A stretch of DNA of 58,767 nucleotides, counting the filler, from Dugesia japonica (taxonomy: Eukaryota), in the NCBI GenBank assembly GCA_001938525.1. It is 5 parts of 5 records of this genome, joined end to end, with 100 filler letters (N's around TTAATTAATTAA, not from the genome) between each part and the next. Parts side by side here need not be neighbours in the genome. Positions count along the whole stretch, not along the records: positions 38,915 to 49,038 come from MQRL01630116.1; positions 49,139 to 58,767 come from MQRL01635368.1; 3 more parts are not named here. One strand, written 5' to 3'. Within the stretch, counting starts at the first letter, position 1, and each line of letters begins with the position of its first letter. Below, one piece after another: positions 39,815 to 52,603 of this stretch. The position numbers were made by a program, and so were the translations under genes. The notes under the pieces were generated by a model. That model was not told where the DNA came from. It searched no databases and saw nothing but the letters and a program-made list of their open reading frames with translations.

Positions 39815-40897
39815 TATTGATCAATAAATTTTAAATAACGAAATCTATTTTTCAAAATATTTGTTTATTATACAGATCAATGATAAAGTTAATTTTTAGA
39901 AAATAAATTTTAAAATTAAAATTTCTGCAAATAAATTTAATTTAAATAATGTTTTTCCGAACAAAATCATAAAAAACCTTTAGTATATTTGTGCAATATT
40001 TTAAATGAATTAATATTTTTAAAGATAAAATATGTTATTCTCTGAAAATTTTTGAATGTTTTATTAATATTTAATAAAATTTAATTTTAATATTTAATAA
40101 TGTTTTAATAATTAATTTTAAAAATATTCTTTTCTGCAATTCGTTAATTTCAACAATTATTTATCAAATAATTTATTTTCCAAATATGAAAATACAAATT
40201 GTTTTCTTCTATTTTACTAGATTGTACAATATTTCGAGATAATTTTCAGCAGTTAATTTCTATGCTTTTACATTTTTTTTGATAATAATTCTGATTTATT
40301 ACTAATTGTCTTATTTAATATCTTTTATTAGCATGTCGGTTAATGACTTTTGGGATTCTCACTATTTATTACTGATTTGCTTTTGTAATGTTTACTAGCA
40401 TAATGGAAAATTTAAAGAATAAAATAAAATAATCAATAGAAAATAATTAATGAAAGTGTAGACTTAATTCTAAATAAAACCTTGATAAATTGAGGTGAAA
40501 ATAATTGATTATTAATTGGTGAAAATAATAGGTGAAGTTTTAAGAGTATCTATAATTTAATTTAATTATTATTCATTATTTTATTCCTTATTAATTTAAA
40601 TGTTCTCTCTAATTTATTAATTGAATTTATTAATTTTTTAAAATTTATTTGTTTAACTTATTTAATTAATTTTACTGATTTATTTGATTCGTTTATTAAA
40701 TTGATTTAATAAACTTATTTAATTAATTTTATTTATTTAATTAATAAATTAAATTATTTAAATTTATTACTTTCATTTATTTTACTCAATTAATTTATAA
40801 TTGTGAGCAGTTCTGGGAGCCCACATAAAGTCTTAAAAAATTAAATAGTTGCCCAAACTCTAGTCTTCTAGAGAATGACTGTGGCTTCCGCCTGTGC

Positions 40898-41880
40898 CAG
40901 TGTTTCCAAATTACCCGAATTACAACTACTCGGGTATTCGAGTAGTGAATTTTCAAACTATCCGGGTAATCCGGGTTAACCGGGTAATTTTAAAAATACA
41001 TATAAATTCGTAAAAACTATTTAAAAAATCTGTAAATAAAAAAAAATTAAAATACAAATTTATAAATAAATTAATATAGTTATTATTTATTTAAAAAATA
41101 GTATTTAAAAAAAACTAGTGCATTTAATATTTTAGGACTCATTCAATTTCTAAATTTATTGCAAAATATCCCAGCAATGGAAAATACACGCTTCGATGCG
41201 GTAGATGTTGGTTTCACCGTCAGTAAAGCTTGCTATAATTTTTCTAATCTGCCTGTTCTATACCCATTATTTGCTTCTAATAGCTTTAATTCTTTCTCAA
41301 CTGTAAGAGTAACACTATTCTCAGGAATTGGATTTGTGAACATAGCAACACATTTTTGTAATACTAAATGTTCACTACCTGAACTTGAATGTCCGTCGGA
41401 TTGTAAGATTAGGCCATCTAATTCATTGGTATTGTTCTGAACAGCTGTTAATTAAAGATGCGATTAATGAAGTTGCCAATTCCTTAATTACAGCTTTCGA
41501 TACGCAGAAAAAATTCGTTGGATTTGGGGCACACTCTATTGTGCAGTAGCATTAACAATGACGTCAAATACTTATTTCTGCGTTGATCAATACGTATTTT
41601 TAACGAATTTTAAAATTCTTTTGCTAAAGATGTATTCACTTTTTTCAATTGTTGAAATATGTAGGTCAACGTAGATCATAAATTCGAACTTTGCTTGCTT
41701 AGTTCGAGCACAGCCAGTTTCACTGGCTCTTAAATCATAAAAACTTCGGTTCGCAGCTTTACGTATCCTTCATTAAATTTTTCTACACCGAGTTCATCTA
41801 AGGCGATGTTAGTCGATTTAATTATTTTTAAAAGTCTTTCAATAGAAATAACGAGCTGCTCCATTGAGTTTTAATATCCA
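40898..41880 (-). mobile_element. hAT transposon 3' part (dimerisation domain) and terminus
   Basis: Minus translation LTVKPTSTASKRVFSIAG (hATC PxTSxxSERxFSxAG); terminus CAGTGTTTCC with subterminal TACCCG/CGGGTA repeats. Confidence 0.8.
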
Positions 41881-42249
41881 ACAACAATTCGTAACGGTTT
41901 ATCTTCTTTTATTAATTATCAAGATCTTAAAATTATCAATATCATAATTATCATTTTGAATTTTATCATTAGTTGAATTGTTTATGAACTCTTTAAGGTT
42001 TACTAATATTTAAAATTATTTTATTTTATTGTTGGGATGCCAGGAGTGTTATTGGTTTTAACTTTTTACTTGATAAATTCTCAATATTAGACTTCTCTTT
42101 CAATTGTCCTCAAATCTCCTGGCTATCTGCAGCATTTAAATTGAGCTTTTGTGGTCTCAACTTTCTAGAATGTTGATGACCTTCATTCGTACTGGCGATA
42201 TTTGCAGACCTATTTTGGTTTGAGTTAATTCGTACTCCTTGATTCTTGC

Positions 42250-43486
42250 TCGTAAGTCATGATGTGTACAACGATTGAAATGCATGAATTCGAAATATAA
42301 GTAATTCTTATTTCACGAAGGAGTAAGACAGCTATCAAGAGAACGAAGTTTGAATAGATTAAAAAATGAAATCATTATATTTTAAATTGAGCAACAAATC
42401 CAATCTTATCGTTCTCATTGCTTTTAAGGCTATAGTGTCTCTGTGACATTTTTGAAAAATTAAACGAGTTCAACCTCTCTTTTCAAGGAAAGTAAACCGA
42501 TATATTTATTTCTAATGATAAAATTAAAAAATTTATCAAAAAAATCAATTTTTGGAAGAATAACGTGAAAAATAATTCCTTCGAAATGTTTCAATCTGTA
42601 AATGATTTTATAATTGAAAAAGTAATAGCTAGAATTTAATTCATTTAAAATAAAAGCTTAGATCAAAATTTGTTTTTATTTGATAATTGCAACAATTGCA
42701 ATTGTAAAACAAGAATTCGAAAGAACTTCACCTCAACATTTAGTCTGAAAGAGATTTACTGGATTCAAAATCCATTTTCAACGAGAATTGATGATATTAA
42801 CTATTAAGTATTTTAAAAAAGCGTAAAATTTTTAATGTTTTAAAATATTTCTGTAAGGAAATAATTATTAACTAATAATTTTAGCCAATAGAAAGTGACT
42901 AAATTCAATATTAGGATTCAATCAATTCTATTCAATTATGATTATCTTATCAAGCATGTGTTGTAGTAGTAAAATAATTGATGTCTAAAAATATTAGTTG
43001 TGATTTGGGAAATGAATTACCAATTGAAGATTTACCTAACAATTTCAATTGTAAAATTTTTATTAAACCCAATGTTTATTTGCATAAGTTTATAAATGGA
43101 AATTTTTAGTAAAAATGGCATTACATGTTCTCTTGCCATATTTATGCGAAATAGCAGATTCAGCTTTAACTGCTATTAAAACCAAATATTATTTAACACT
43201 GAAGAACGTGAAATATGATTTACGTCCAGTGGTTTCAAATATTACACCAAGATTTAAGTGGATATGCAGCAAAATCCGTGCGCATTCATTAAATTGATTT
43301 ATTTTTATATTTTAAATTCATTCTTAAGCTACATTTATTTTAAAAGATAATAGGATTTACATATTCATGTAGAATAACTTAGTAATGTGGCTATTTCTAT
43401 GTTTTCTGTCAAATTTAATAGCTGGGGTCGTGAAAAAAATTATGATGATAATGGGGTCATTAATGCGAAAACATTAAGAAGCACTG
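42250..43486 (+). mobile_element. Decayed Buster/Charlie-type hAT transposase with nested insertions and 3' terminus
   Basis: LFHEGVRQLSRERSLNRL (HTEVRWLSRG-like), WIQNPF and YLCEIADSALTAIKTKY..DLR..SNITPRF..AH; ends aagaagcactg at 43486. Interrupted by a family-A piece (about 42640-42710) and a solo LTR. Confidence 0.85.
42852..43041 (+). mobile_element. 190-bp solo LTR (Gypsy)
   Basis: TGTAAGG...CCTAACA termini; 5-bp TSD ATTTC at 42847-42851 and 43042-43046; homologous to the PPT-adjacent LTR at 38359-38550. Confidence 0.9.
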
Positions 43487-46044
43487 GTTTATATCATAGT
43501 TTTTGTTATTATTACTGCTTATCCAGGTCAGCATCGCTAATATTTTATTAGTATTCTGGTCCTGCCAGTGTTATTATAAAGGAATTTAACGTCATTAGAA
43601 TTTTTAAATTATTTTATTAAAATATTTTTAATAAAAAAACTTATAAATATATTTTTGGATTGTTTCATAAATTTAGAATGTATATTTTAATTTTTAAAAT
43701 ATTTTTGAAAATTATATTGCATATTTGAAATATTTCAACAAATATATTTGGAACTTATCTAACATATTTTAGTTAGTGTTTATTTAAATATTCGAGTTAA
43801 AGGTAAACAAAATATATTTCAAAAAAATTTGTAATAAATAATAAACCTTTTATGGAAGACTTCGAAAGTATTGCTTTAAAAATAGTTATCATACTCTCAT
43901 TGCATTTCGAANTTTATTTNCTTATAGTTTCTAACCCATCTTTTTTTGTTAATCACTGTTATTTTCATATTTCTTTCTAGTTTTCTTCATATACTGCATA
44001 TTCTGTCATTGTTTACAGTACATATCCTTGATGAGTTTATTGTATTCCATCATAAACACCCTTTTCCACCATTATATCTTCATTTTTCATAAACCAATAA
44101 TGTCATCTGGGGAAGTATCCGTTTCGAGTAAAAATGCTGTTCATGTCTTTGAGCTTCTTATGGAATTGATGTTTTCTCACAAACGTATTGCTGAACTTCT
44201 TACATGTTTCAAACTTACACATATGAACTTCCAAAGTAAACACTTAAGTAAGTCAGTTTAAAAGATCACACTTCGCTCGAAATTTATTGATTACTGAATC
44301 TGATCGTTTTGTTGTTTATTTATTATTGTCAGGATAAGAAAATGAATAATTTGAAGTTTAAATTTTTTGGAAATTAATTTTAATAAAGAAGTTGTTTTAC
44401 TATTCAAATTTTTTGGCAGAAGATCGAAAATTAAAAAGAAACAGATAATTATTTAAAAGTGGAATTTATAAATTGTTGTGAAAAAAAATCTTTTAAATCA
44501 TGACGGACTCTTTTCTGAATAAGCATGTATGCTCGGTTTCTAATAATTATAAAATGAAGAAAACAATCTAGGAAAACAAGTGGACTCTAGAAAAAAATTG
44601 TTTAAAATTAGCCAGAGTATTTTACGAGTTTTCAGATCATTTAATTGTTGATAATACTTCTTACCATCCCAAATATGTTAACGATAAATTGTCAAAGTCG
44701 TTTAAGAAAAGTAGAATAAATTTTTTGGACATTTAGAAGTTAACTTTTGTACTCCTTTGAAATCGATAAATATTTCAAGAAAAATTTCAAAAACCAATTT
44801 TCTCATTATTTTATTGTATTAATTTTAATATTATCAAATATTTATTGATTTGTACTAAATTAAAGTTGCGGTGGCATATATTAATCACGAACACACACAC
44901 ACACACACTATTGAATTATTTCGCACTAACATTAAAATCAAAGGATTCTACTACTTTATTAATTGACAGTTAATTATGAGAATAATTGCCATAAAATAGT
45001 CATTGTGATGATATAAATTATGAATAAATTAATAGAATAATTAAACCATGAATGATTTTTGAGTATTTAAAGAGCTCTAGTTCACACTGTTAAATTTTAA
45101 TTAAATGTTAACATAATTTTTATATTATATTGTGTTTGATAATTAATTTTCATTATATAATACCAAATCCGTGATTTNNNNNNNNNNNNNNNNNNNNNNN
45201 NNNNNNNNNNNNNNNNNNNNNNNNNNNNNNNNNNNNNNNNNNNNGCATGCATAAGCTAATAGTTAATTTTATTATTTAAAATATCATTTATAAAATTGTT
45301 TTAATCTTTAAATGGTAAATCTTTTTATCATGACTTATAAATATATTTTTTTTAAATTTTTAACTTTTAAAATTTTAATAAAAATCGGAAATTCTGGATT
45401 AATAATGAAAATCAGAAAAATCTTGAANNNNNNNNNNNNNNNNNNNNNNNNNNNNNNNNNNNNNNNNNNNNNNNNNNNNNNNNNNNNNNNNNNNNATTTC
45501 ATTGTTAATTAAAGTAGATTTGGTAAATTTCTATGATGATATTAAATAAAAAAATTTCAAAAAATTACAAATCATTGAAATCATTTTTATTTTAACGAAA
45601 ATATAATTTAGGGCATGTGAGTATGTTTTGATAATCGATTTGAAATTTTTGTATGGTTGGAGATCATTTTTCTTAAGATCTTTTTATTTAAAAATATTTA
45701 AAATTTTGAATGAAAATTAAAATAAAAAATGAGTATTCTGTTTTGAATTTTAAATGACGATTTAATAATAAAGTAAAAGTTTGTTTAAAATTTAAATATT
45801 TGAAAAATGAAAACCAATTAAAACATGGAATTTTAATTTGTTAAAATAAACAAATAATGATTGATATAGTTTTGTTTTGTGAATAAATCTTTTATGGAAA
45901 CGAGAGTTGAGTTTTATTATCCGACGAGTGTTTCAAACTGGGTAAATTTAAGTAAATTCTCACAAATTATCAATGATTCCTCCTGTTTAATTGAAATACA
46001 ACATTGATTTAAATAATAATTTTAATTCTAATTATAAATTGGTA

Positions 46045-46370
46045 ATGGCTGCTGGAAGTATATGACAAACGCCGAAAAAGCTACTCCGATTGCAATGGTA
46101 GATCAAGCCAATAGTTCTACGAAAATAGCAGGTAATCTATATTGTTAAATATACTAAAATAAAATACAGCATTTTCTTAGAATATCTTGGTAAAGTCTCC
46201 TCAACAATTTCAAGATTGATTGAGAAGTGCATAAATAGAAGCCTGGAATTAAAAAAACTCATGGATTTCCACTAAAAGCTCTTTCCGATAGAGATGAAAG
46301 GCTTTTAGTCCGAAAAGCAAAACTTTGTTCTTCTCTGACATCAAGAGAAATAGCAAATGAATTTCGGAAA
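46045..46370 (+). pseudogene. Tc1-like transposase N-terminal fragment with a 49-nt intron (46132-46180)
   Basis: Splicing g|gtaatc..tcttag|aa gives SSTKIAEYLGKVSSTISRLI (HTH), followed by RDERLLVRKAK..LTSREIA. Confidence 0.7.
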
Positions 46371-49038
46371 AGTAAAAGCATCCAAAGTCGGGAAGATTAA
46401 ATTAATAGCACTGAAAGAAAGAAAGAATTAAACCAAAATAATAAAAAGTAAAAATGATTGTATTGATGCGAGAATTTATGAAAATCTAATGACCATCATA
46501 AATATCATAAAGGGAGGACCCGTGGAATTAAAATGGTACTGTGAATATTGTGTCAATGAAAATTGACAAGCATATCTGGTTTTGAATTAAACGAATACCA
46601 ATACAGAACACGAGGCCCTGACATCCAGGAAAGATTTGATCCAAAACGGGTTACTGCAAAGACCCACTGGATCGGGAGGGGGGAATTAACACGTGTAGTG
46701 CTCAATTCTTGTGACTTCTAAGTTCATTCCTTAGTTACCAAACTGTGAAACAGATAAATGAGAACTGTAATGTCAAATGACATTAGAGAATAAAAATTAA
46801 AAGTCTAGAAGCCCAAAAAATAGTAAATCTTTTTATCATAAGATAAATATTTTTTTCAAAATCTTTAAATTTTCATATGCAATGAATTGCACCTATTATT
46901 TTCAGTTTCATTGCATTACTGTTTTTCTTTTTACATTACCTATAAGGAATTTTGATAGAAAAATGCAGCAATGTTTTAATCGATGATATGATTATTTTAT
47001 ATACAAATTGGAATAAAGTCTATGATAGTTTGAACGTGAAACTGATGCCATCTCGAAGAAGATAAAATCAATCTACAGAATAGATTTCTATTATAATCAT
47101 ATACCGTGCTTTTCAAATAAATTGGATTTCATAGTTATGTGAAATCAGACTTTGCAGAGAATTTTCGCAAACATATAAGGAGAGCCTATTATTTTTGAGG
47201 TTTTACCAAAATTCTGTATATAAATTGTTTCATTTATTTTGTTTAGTTATTTACTGATATTTTCATTTTAAGTCATATTTCATTTTCTTCGTTGTAATGA
47301 TCAAATCATCAATAAATTGTACTAAAATGGATAACTGGTTTAACACTTTAGATATCAATCGAGTTTTACAGCATGCAGTATTTGGCGAGTTTTCTATGTT
47401 TTGGTAAAATATACCTTAGACAGACGTCTAAGTATCAATATGAACTATATGAGGATTGGTTCCTAGCCAAAGAACATATTAAAAGTCAAATAAAAATATT
47501 TTAACAAACTACTGATAAATTAAATGAAGTATTTAAATCAATAAACCACGTTCAGAAATTGTAAATGTAAATATGCTCATTAGAATGCGAGCAAATTGTA
47601 TATGCTTGAAATTCTGAGCTTTGACAAAATCTAAATAAATAAATAAAAAACAAAATCAGTTGATAAAAATTATTTAAAACAAATAATATATTATGGATGC
47701 TCGAAAATTAAAGAAAATTCTGAAAAGAAAAGAGAAGTGGTTGAGAATCAAGATTAGAATTACAAAATAACAAAAAAATTAAAAACAAAATAGCGTTGAC
47801 AGTGTCTATTTCAGCAAATTGTGAAATAATTTCATCTATTTTTAAATTTAATTCAAATTAAAATCTNAACTAAATAATAGGTTAGTCGATATTGAAATAA
47901 ATCTTCTATTACCTACAGAACCATACCATTTGTTGTAAATTAAGATTAAAACCGCTAACTATTCTTGTTATAATACGTATTTATTTAGAAATTATTATAC
48001 AATTTTGATTATGCAATTTCAACGAATTTATTAATATCAATTCAAATTGGATCCTGGAATGGTCGAGTTGAAATATTTAAAAAAATTTTCATATGAATAA
48101 TAAATTTTGATCGGATTGATCGGACATGATTGACATTAGATGAGAAGTAATTATAAGTGCTAATCAAACTTTAATAAATTTTACTAAAAATAATTTCAAT
48201 AATTACTTTAAAGTATTCATATAATATAATTAACAATTATTACAAAGATCACATTACGGATGCACAATAATTGTGAGCTTACTTGGTGAACTAATTAATG
48301 TTTTTCAGGTTCAATTAAAATAATGCTTTTTTAGTGATTCTTTGATTAGCTTCTAATTTTAATTTTCATTTTCTTCTCTAATAAAAACTACAATATATAA
48401 TATATTAAATAATATAATAAATGAGGATTGAGGATCATTTGTAAATATTTTTTAATTTTTTGTGTTGGTAATTTTTTAATTATATGTACAATCGAACCCT
48501 TGTAGTACCACATCAGCTAACATCACGACCTACTTAACATTAAGCTAAAACTAAAAACTAGACACAATATAATTTAACCTGGCTAATGTCACTTCAATTT
48601 ATTTCCATTTTCTTCTTCATATCACGAATAACTTTTTATTTTTTTACTATTACCTACTTTGTACCACGTCTCAATGAATTATGTCATTCCTTGCAAATTT
48701 GTTTCATTTTCACTTCGAATTAAACAAGTTACAAAAAGAAACCAAATAAAATATATTATAAAAAAGAGATTGTTATTTTTGGAAAGTTATTCGTTGTAAT
48801 ATTAAGTTCGTTTGGTAATATAATAGAAAGTGTTGGGTATTACAACTCAACAAAAGATTTTATGGTTCGTATTTACTTAGTGATAAAAATATAATTGAGA
48901 TTTTATGGGTGTTAAGTAGGGGGATAGCGGCACACGGCGCCACTTCGTTTTTAGCAGAACCCCCCCCGGGGGGGGGCTCGGAAACACATTACGCTTGAGC
49001 TGTGTTTTTTTAACTATGATTTTTGTGATGGTTTTTTT

Positions 49039-49138
49039 NNNNNNNNNNNNNNNNNNNNNNNNNNNNNNNNNNNNNNNNNNNNTTAATTAATTAANNNNNN
49101 NNNNNNNNNNNNNNNNNNNNNNNNNNNNNNNNNNNNNN
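49039..49138. other. Artificial assembly spacer
   Basis: 44 N + TTAATTAATTAA (49083-49094) + 44 N. Confidence 0.97.
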
Positions 49139-49192
<54 letters not shown>

Positions 49193-50103
49193 CATTATTA
49201 TAATTATTAATATTATTATTATTATTAATGGCAAACATATTTTTCTCTACATGTATAGAATTCTGCATTATAAAATCATCTTCATCCATTTTGTCTTCTA
49301 CTTGAAAATTGTTCCAATCATTTATATCAGGTTCTGTTGCTGTATTATTTATTTTTTCGTCATCTATGAAATCTTCCTTCCTTTTCTTTATTGCTGGACC
49401 AATTAAATCACTTTCTAATATAGATTTTAATAATGTTTTTATTTACTCTAAATTGTCATATATGGTTTTTATGTGTTCTATAAAAATTTTTATATGACCC
49501 TATTTCTACTGAACTACAAGTCGGGCATAATTAGTACTTTTTCTCATAANNNNNNNNNNNNNNNNNNNNNNNNNNNNNNNNNNNNNNNNNNNNNNNNNNT
49601 TGCTGTATTATTTATTTTTTCGTCAGCTATGAAATCTTCCTTCCTCTTCTTTATTGTTGGACCAATTATACCAATTTTTAATATAGATTTTAATAATGTT
49701 TTTTTATTTACTCTAAATTGTCCTATATGGTTTTTATGTAAAAATTTTTATATGACCCTATTTCTACATAAGTAGTACTTTTTCTCATAAAAACAAATGC
49801 CATAATATTTCTCCATAATAGTATGACAGTCTCCTTTATGTATTGCATTCCCACAATAATATTTGTATAATGAACATTGTTCTAAAATGATAAATACATT
49901 TAATTTTATTACAATATACATGTTAATATAATAATTTAATAAAATAATATTAGGAAAGAATATTATGAAAAGTATATACAAAATTATTAACAAAATAAAA
50001 ACTAACTTTTAACATAATCATTTGTATATCCATCAGAAACATCACATAAAACANNNNNNNNNNNNNNNNNNNNNNNNNNNNNNNNNNNNNNNNNNNNNNN
50101 NNN

Positions 50104-50164
<61 letters not shown>

Positions 50165-50975
50165 GTTATAATTAATAACAAATATATTTTCCTCTCCGTC
50201 TATAGAATTCTGTATTATAAAATCATTTTCATCCATTTTGTCTACTACTTGAAAATTGATCCAATCATTTATATCAGGTTTTGTTGTTGTATTATTTATT
50301 TCTTCATCATGAATGAAATCTTCCTTCGTTTTCTTTATTGCTGGACCAATTATATCACTTTCTAATAAAGATTTTAATAATGTTTTTTTTATTTACTCTA
50401 AATTGTCCTATATGGTTTTTATGTATTCTATAAAAATTTTAATATGACCCTATTTCTACTGAACTACAAATCAGGCATAAGTAGTACTTTTTCTCATAAA
50501 AACAAATGCCATAATATTTCTCCATAATAGTATGACAGTCTCCTTTATGTATTGCATTCCCGCAATAATATTTGTATAATGAACATTGTTCTAAAATGAT
50601 AAATAAATATAATTTATGTACAATATACATGTTAATATTATAATTTAATAAATTAATATTGAAAAAAATATGAAAAATATTTACAAATTGTTAACAAAAT
50701 AAAAACTAACTTTTAACATAATCATTTCTATATCCAACAGGAACGTCACAAACAACATCAACATCATCGCATTTCTGAACTAATAATAATAATTATTAAA
50801 TATTAATAAATTTACAATAATCGAATTATTTCTCTTTACATTGCTTTTTCTTTCATTAGAATTATCATTTACCTAAAATTAGAAATAAATATTATCAAAT
50901 AATAATACATTTACATTAGCCATTGTTATCATATTTACGCAGTTCTTCATTTTCTCCATATTGTTCATATACTAA
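49139..50975 (-). pseudogene. Three tandem, partly truncated copies of a spliced Cys/His-rich (C2H2-like) gene running into (AAT)n
   Basis: Units at about 49210-49550, 49600-50050 and 50165-50975 are near-identical. Short exons with gt/ag give ..KCDDVDVVCDVPVGYRNDYVK|QCSLYKYYCGNAIHKGDCH..CLICSSVEIGSYKIFIEH then an acidic tail; each copy has stops or frameshifts. Confidence 0.55.
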
Positions 50976-51393
50976 ATAAATTATTGATAAATATAAAAAT
51001 AAACAATAAAAAAAACAAACTTACGTACCAAAATTATTCACTTTTAAAAAATAGTTTTATGAAAATTGTGACAAAAGTCATTAAGTAATAGGTTTTATTA
51101 CTGCATTAAGCAACCAATTGTAATGCAGTAAAACTTTAAAATACTGCAACGTAACAATTTCAAAATACCTCAACGTAATATATTGAGTTGTAACAATTTA
51201 TAAAGTCCACAAATTAATATATTTGATAATACCGCAACGTAACATATTAACAATACGATCTTAGTAAAACATGGACTGTAATTGTATGACATTCGTCTTA
51301 CATTTGCATTGCATTATTAGTAATAAAAAACTAATGAAAACCAGATCTTCGATTAAATACATTTATTTTTTATAAATCAACTGCACATAATAT

Positions 51394-51810
51394 TCAACTA
51401 TAATGTTGACTTTTCAACCATAATAAGCAATGTTGTCCGTAGGTTGTTGTAATTGGGTTTTGATAACAAATTCTGTTATATACAATGGGCTTTGATATTC
51501 TTGATAGATGTGATACCAAATTTGATGGATAATAAAATCCGAATGGATCAAATACTAAAATGTCTGTATGTTTATTGTAAACCGCGATCAAATAATCTCC
51601 ACCAAGATTTGATGTATCAGTATTGACAATTAAAGCTTTGTTAACTGCCAAGTATGGTAGTTTGTCAAATGGATATACTCCCAACCACGATGATCCGAAC
51701 AATTTTGATCCAATTTGAATAACCTGAAAAGAACTTATACAGTAAAAAATATTGAAATAAAATAAAAACCTTACTTCATAATTTTGATTATTTGATTTTA
51801 TTAGATAATG
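51394..51810 (-). pseudogene. Maverick/Polinton adenain-like cysteine protease, catalytically dead, with a probable 51-nt intron (51724-51774)
   Basis: WLGVYPFDKLP..IVNTDTSNLGGDYLIAV..FDPFG..YQ..TTTYGQHCL; canonical GxHW is GDYL and CG is YG. Lies directly downstream of the minus-strand MCP stop. Confidence 0.85.
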
Positions 51811-51811
51811 T

Positions 51812-52369
51812 TTACACTAGTACTGTTCTATTACCATTTATTTGGATTTCGCTTTCAAATACTCCATATATTATAACATATGCTGGCGCAGTTAAAGCTT
51901 TAGAAAATTTTATATCCAATATTAAATTTCCTTGTTGAGGCAATTGACTCTGGTTTATATCGAAATCTCGAGAAAGTACAAATGTAAAAAACGGATATTT
52001 GCTTTTAAATTCTTCAAGTATTATTCCACAATTCATATTCTGATCCAAATATCCTATATTTCGAACAACTCTTTGCATATATGTTGTACTATAATCATCG
52101 CTTTCAAAATCTTGGATATATGTCTCTCGATAATCAATGTTTTTCGATAAAGATATGGAAGTAGCATTTTAATGTTGAAATGTTAAAGTAGAGGTTTTAT
52201 AATTACCATTATATTGATCACCATTTTGAAATGCAATTAAAAGAAAGTTGGATAAACGACGATCACCAAATATTTGTTCCTTATAAAATGATGTACTATC
52301 TTTACTAATTGCAAACCTAACAATTTCCTTCTTTCTTAACGGATAAATTGCATTTATCTTATTTAAGCT
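51812..52369 (-). pseudogene. Maverick/Polinton major capsid protein (double jelly-roll), C-terminal half, 5'-truncated
   Basis: NAIYPLRK..QIFGDRRL..YNGNY..FQH and GNLILDIKFSKAL..VIIYGVFESEIQINGNRTVLV*; roughly 90% identical by manual alignment to 55519-55864. Confidence 0.85.
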
Positions 52370-52603
52370 AGACTTCATTGTTAAAAAACAGAATGATTAA
52401 GCAATTCAAACTAAGGCGCTGGAAGCCGAAAACAAGCAGCTGCTGATGAGAAAGATCGATTTTTTAAAGCAGTACATCGCCGATCTTTCTCGTCAAATAG
52501 GCAATCCCACTTGGATTCAGTGGGACGACAACGATGATATTGCTGCTTTTAATTTCTCAGTGATCGATTCCAACCCAATGGTTAGACCCAGGGGTGCTGG
52601 ATT

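Noticed and set aside
41159-41440. Plus-strand ORF 41159-41440 and other antisense ORFs (5624-5857, 21446-21694, 31709-32089, 51932-52150, 54317-54721)
   Set aside because: Shadows of coding or pseudo-coding sequence on the opposite strand.
52411-52423. CTAAGGCGCTGGA matches an internal tRNA-Leu segment
   Set aside because: Only 13 nt, no cloverleaf or B-box around it, and it lies in a coding-like frame; probably chance.
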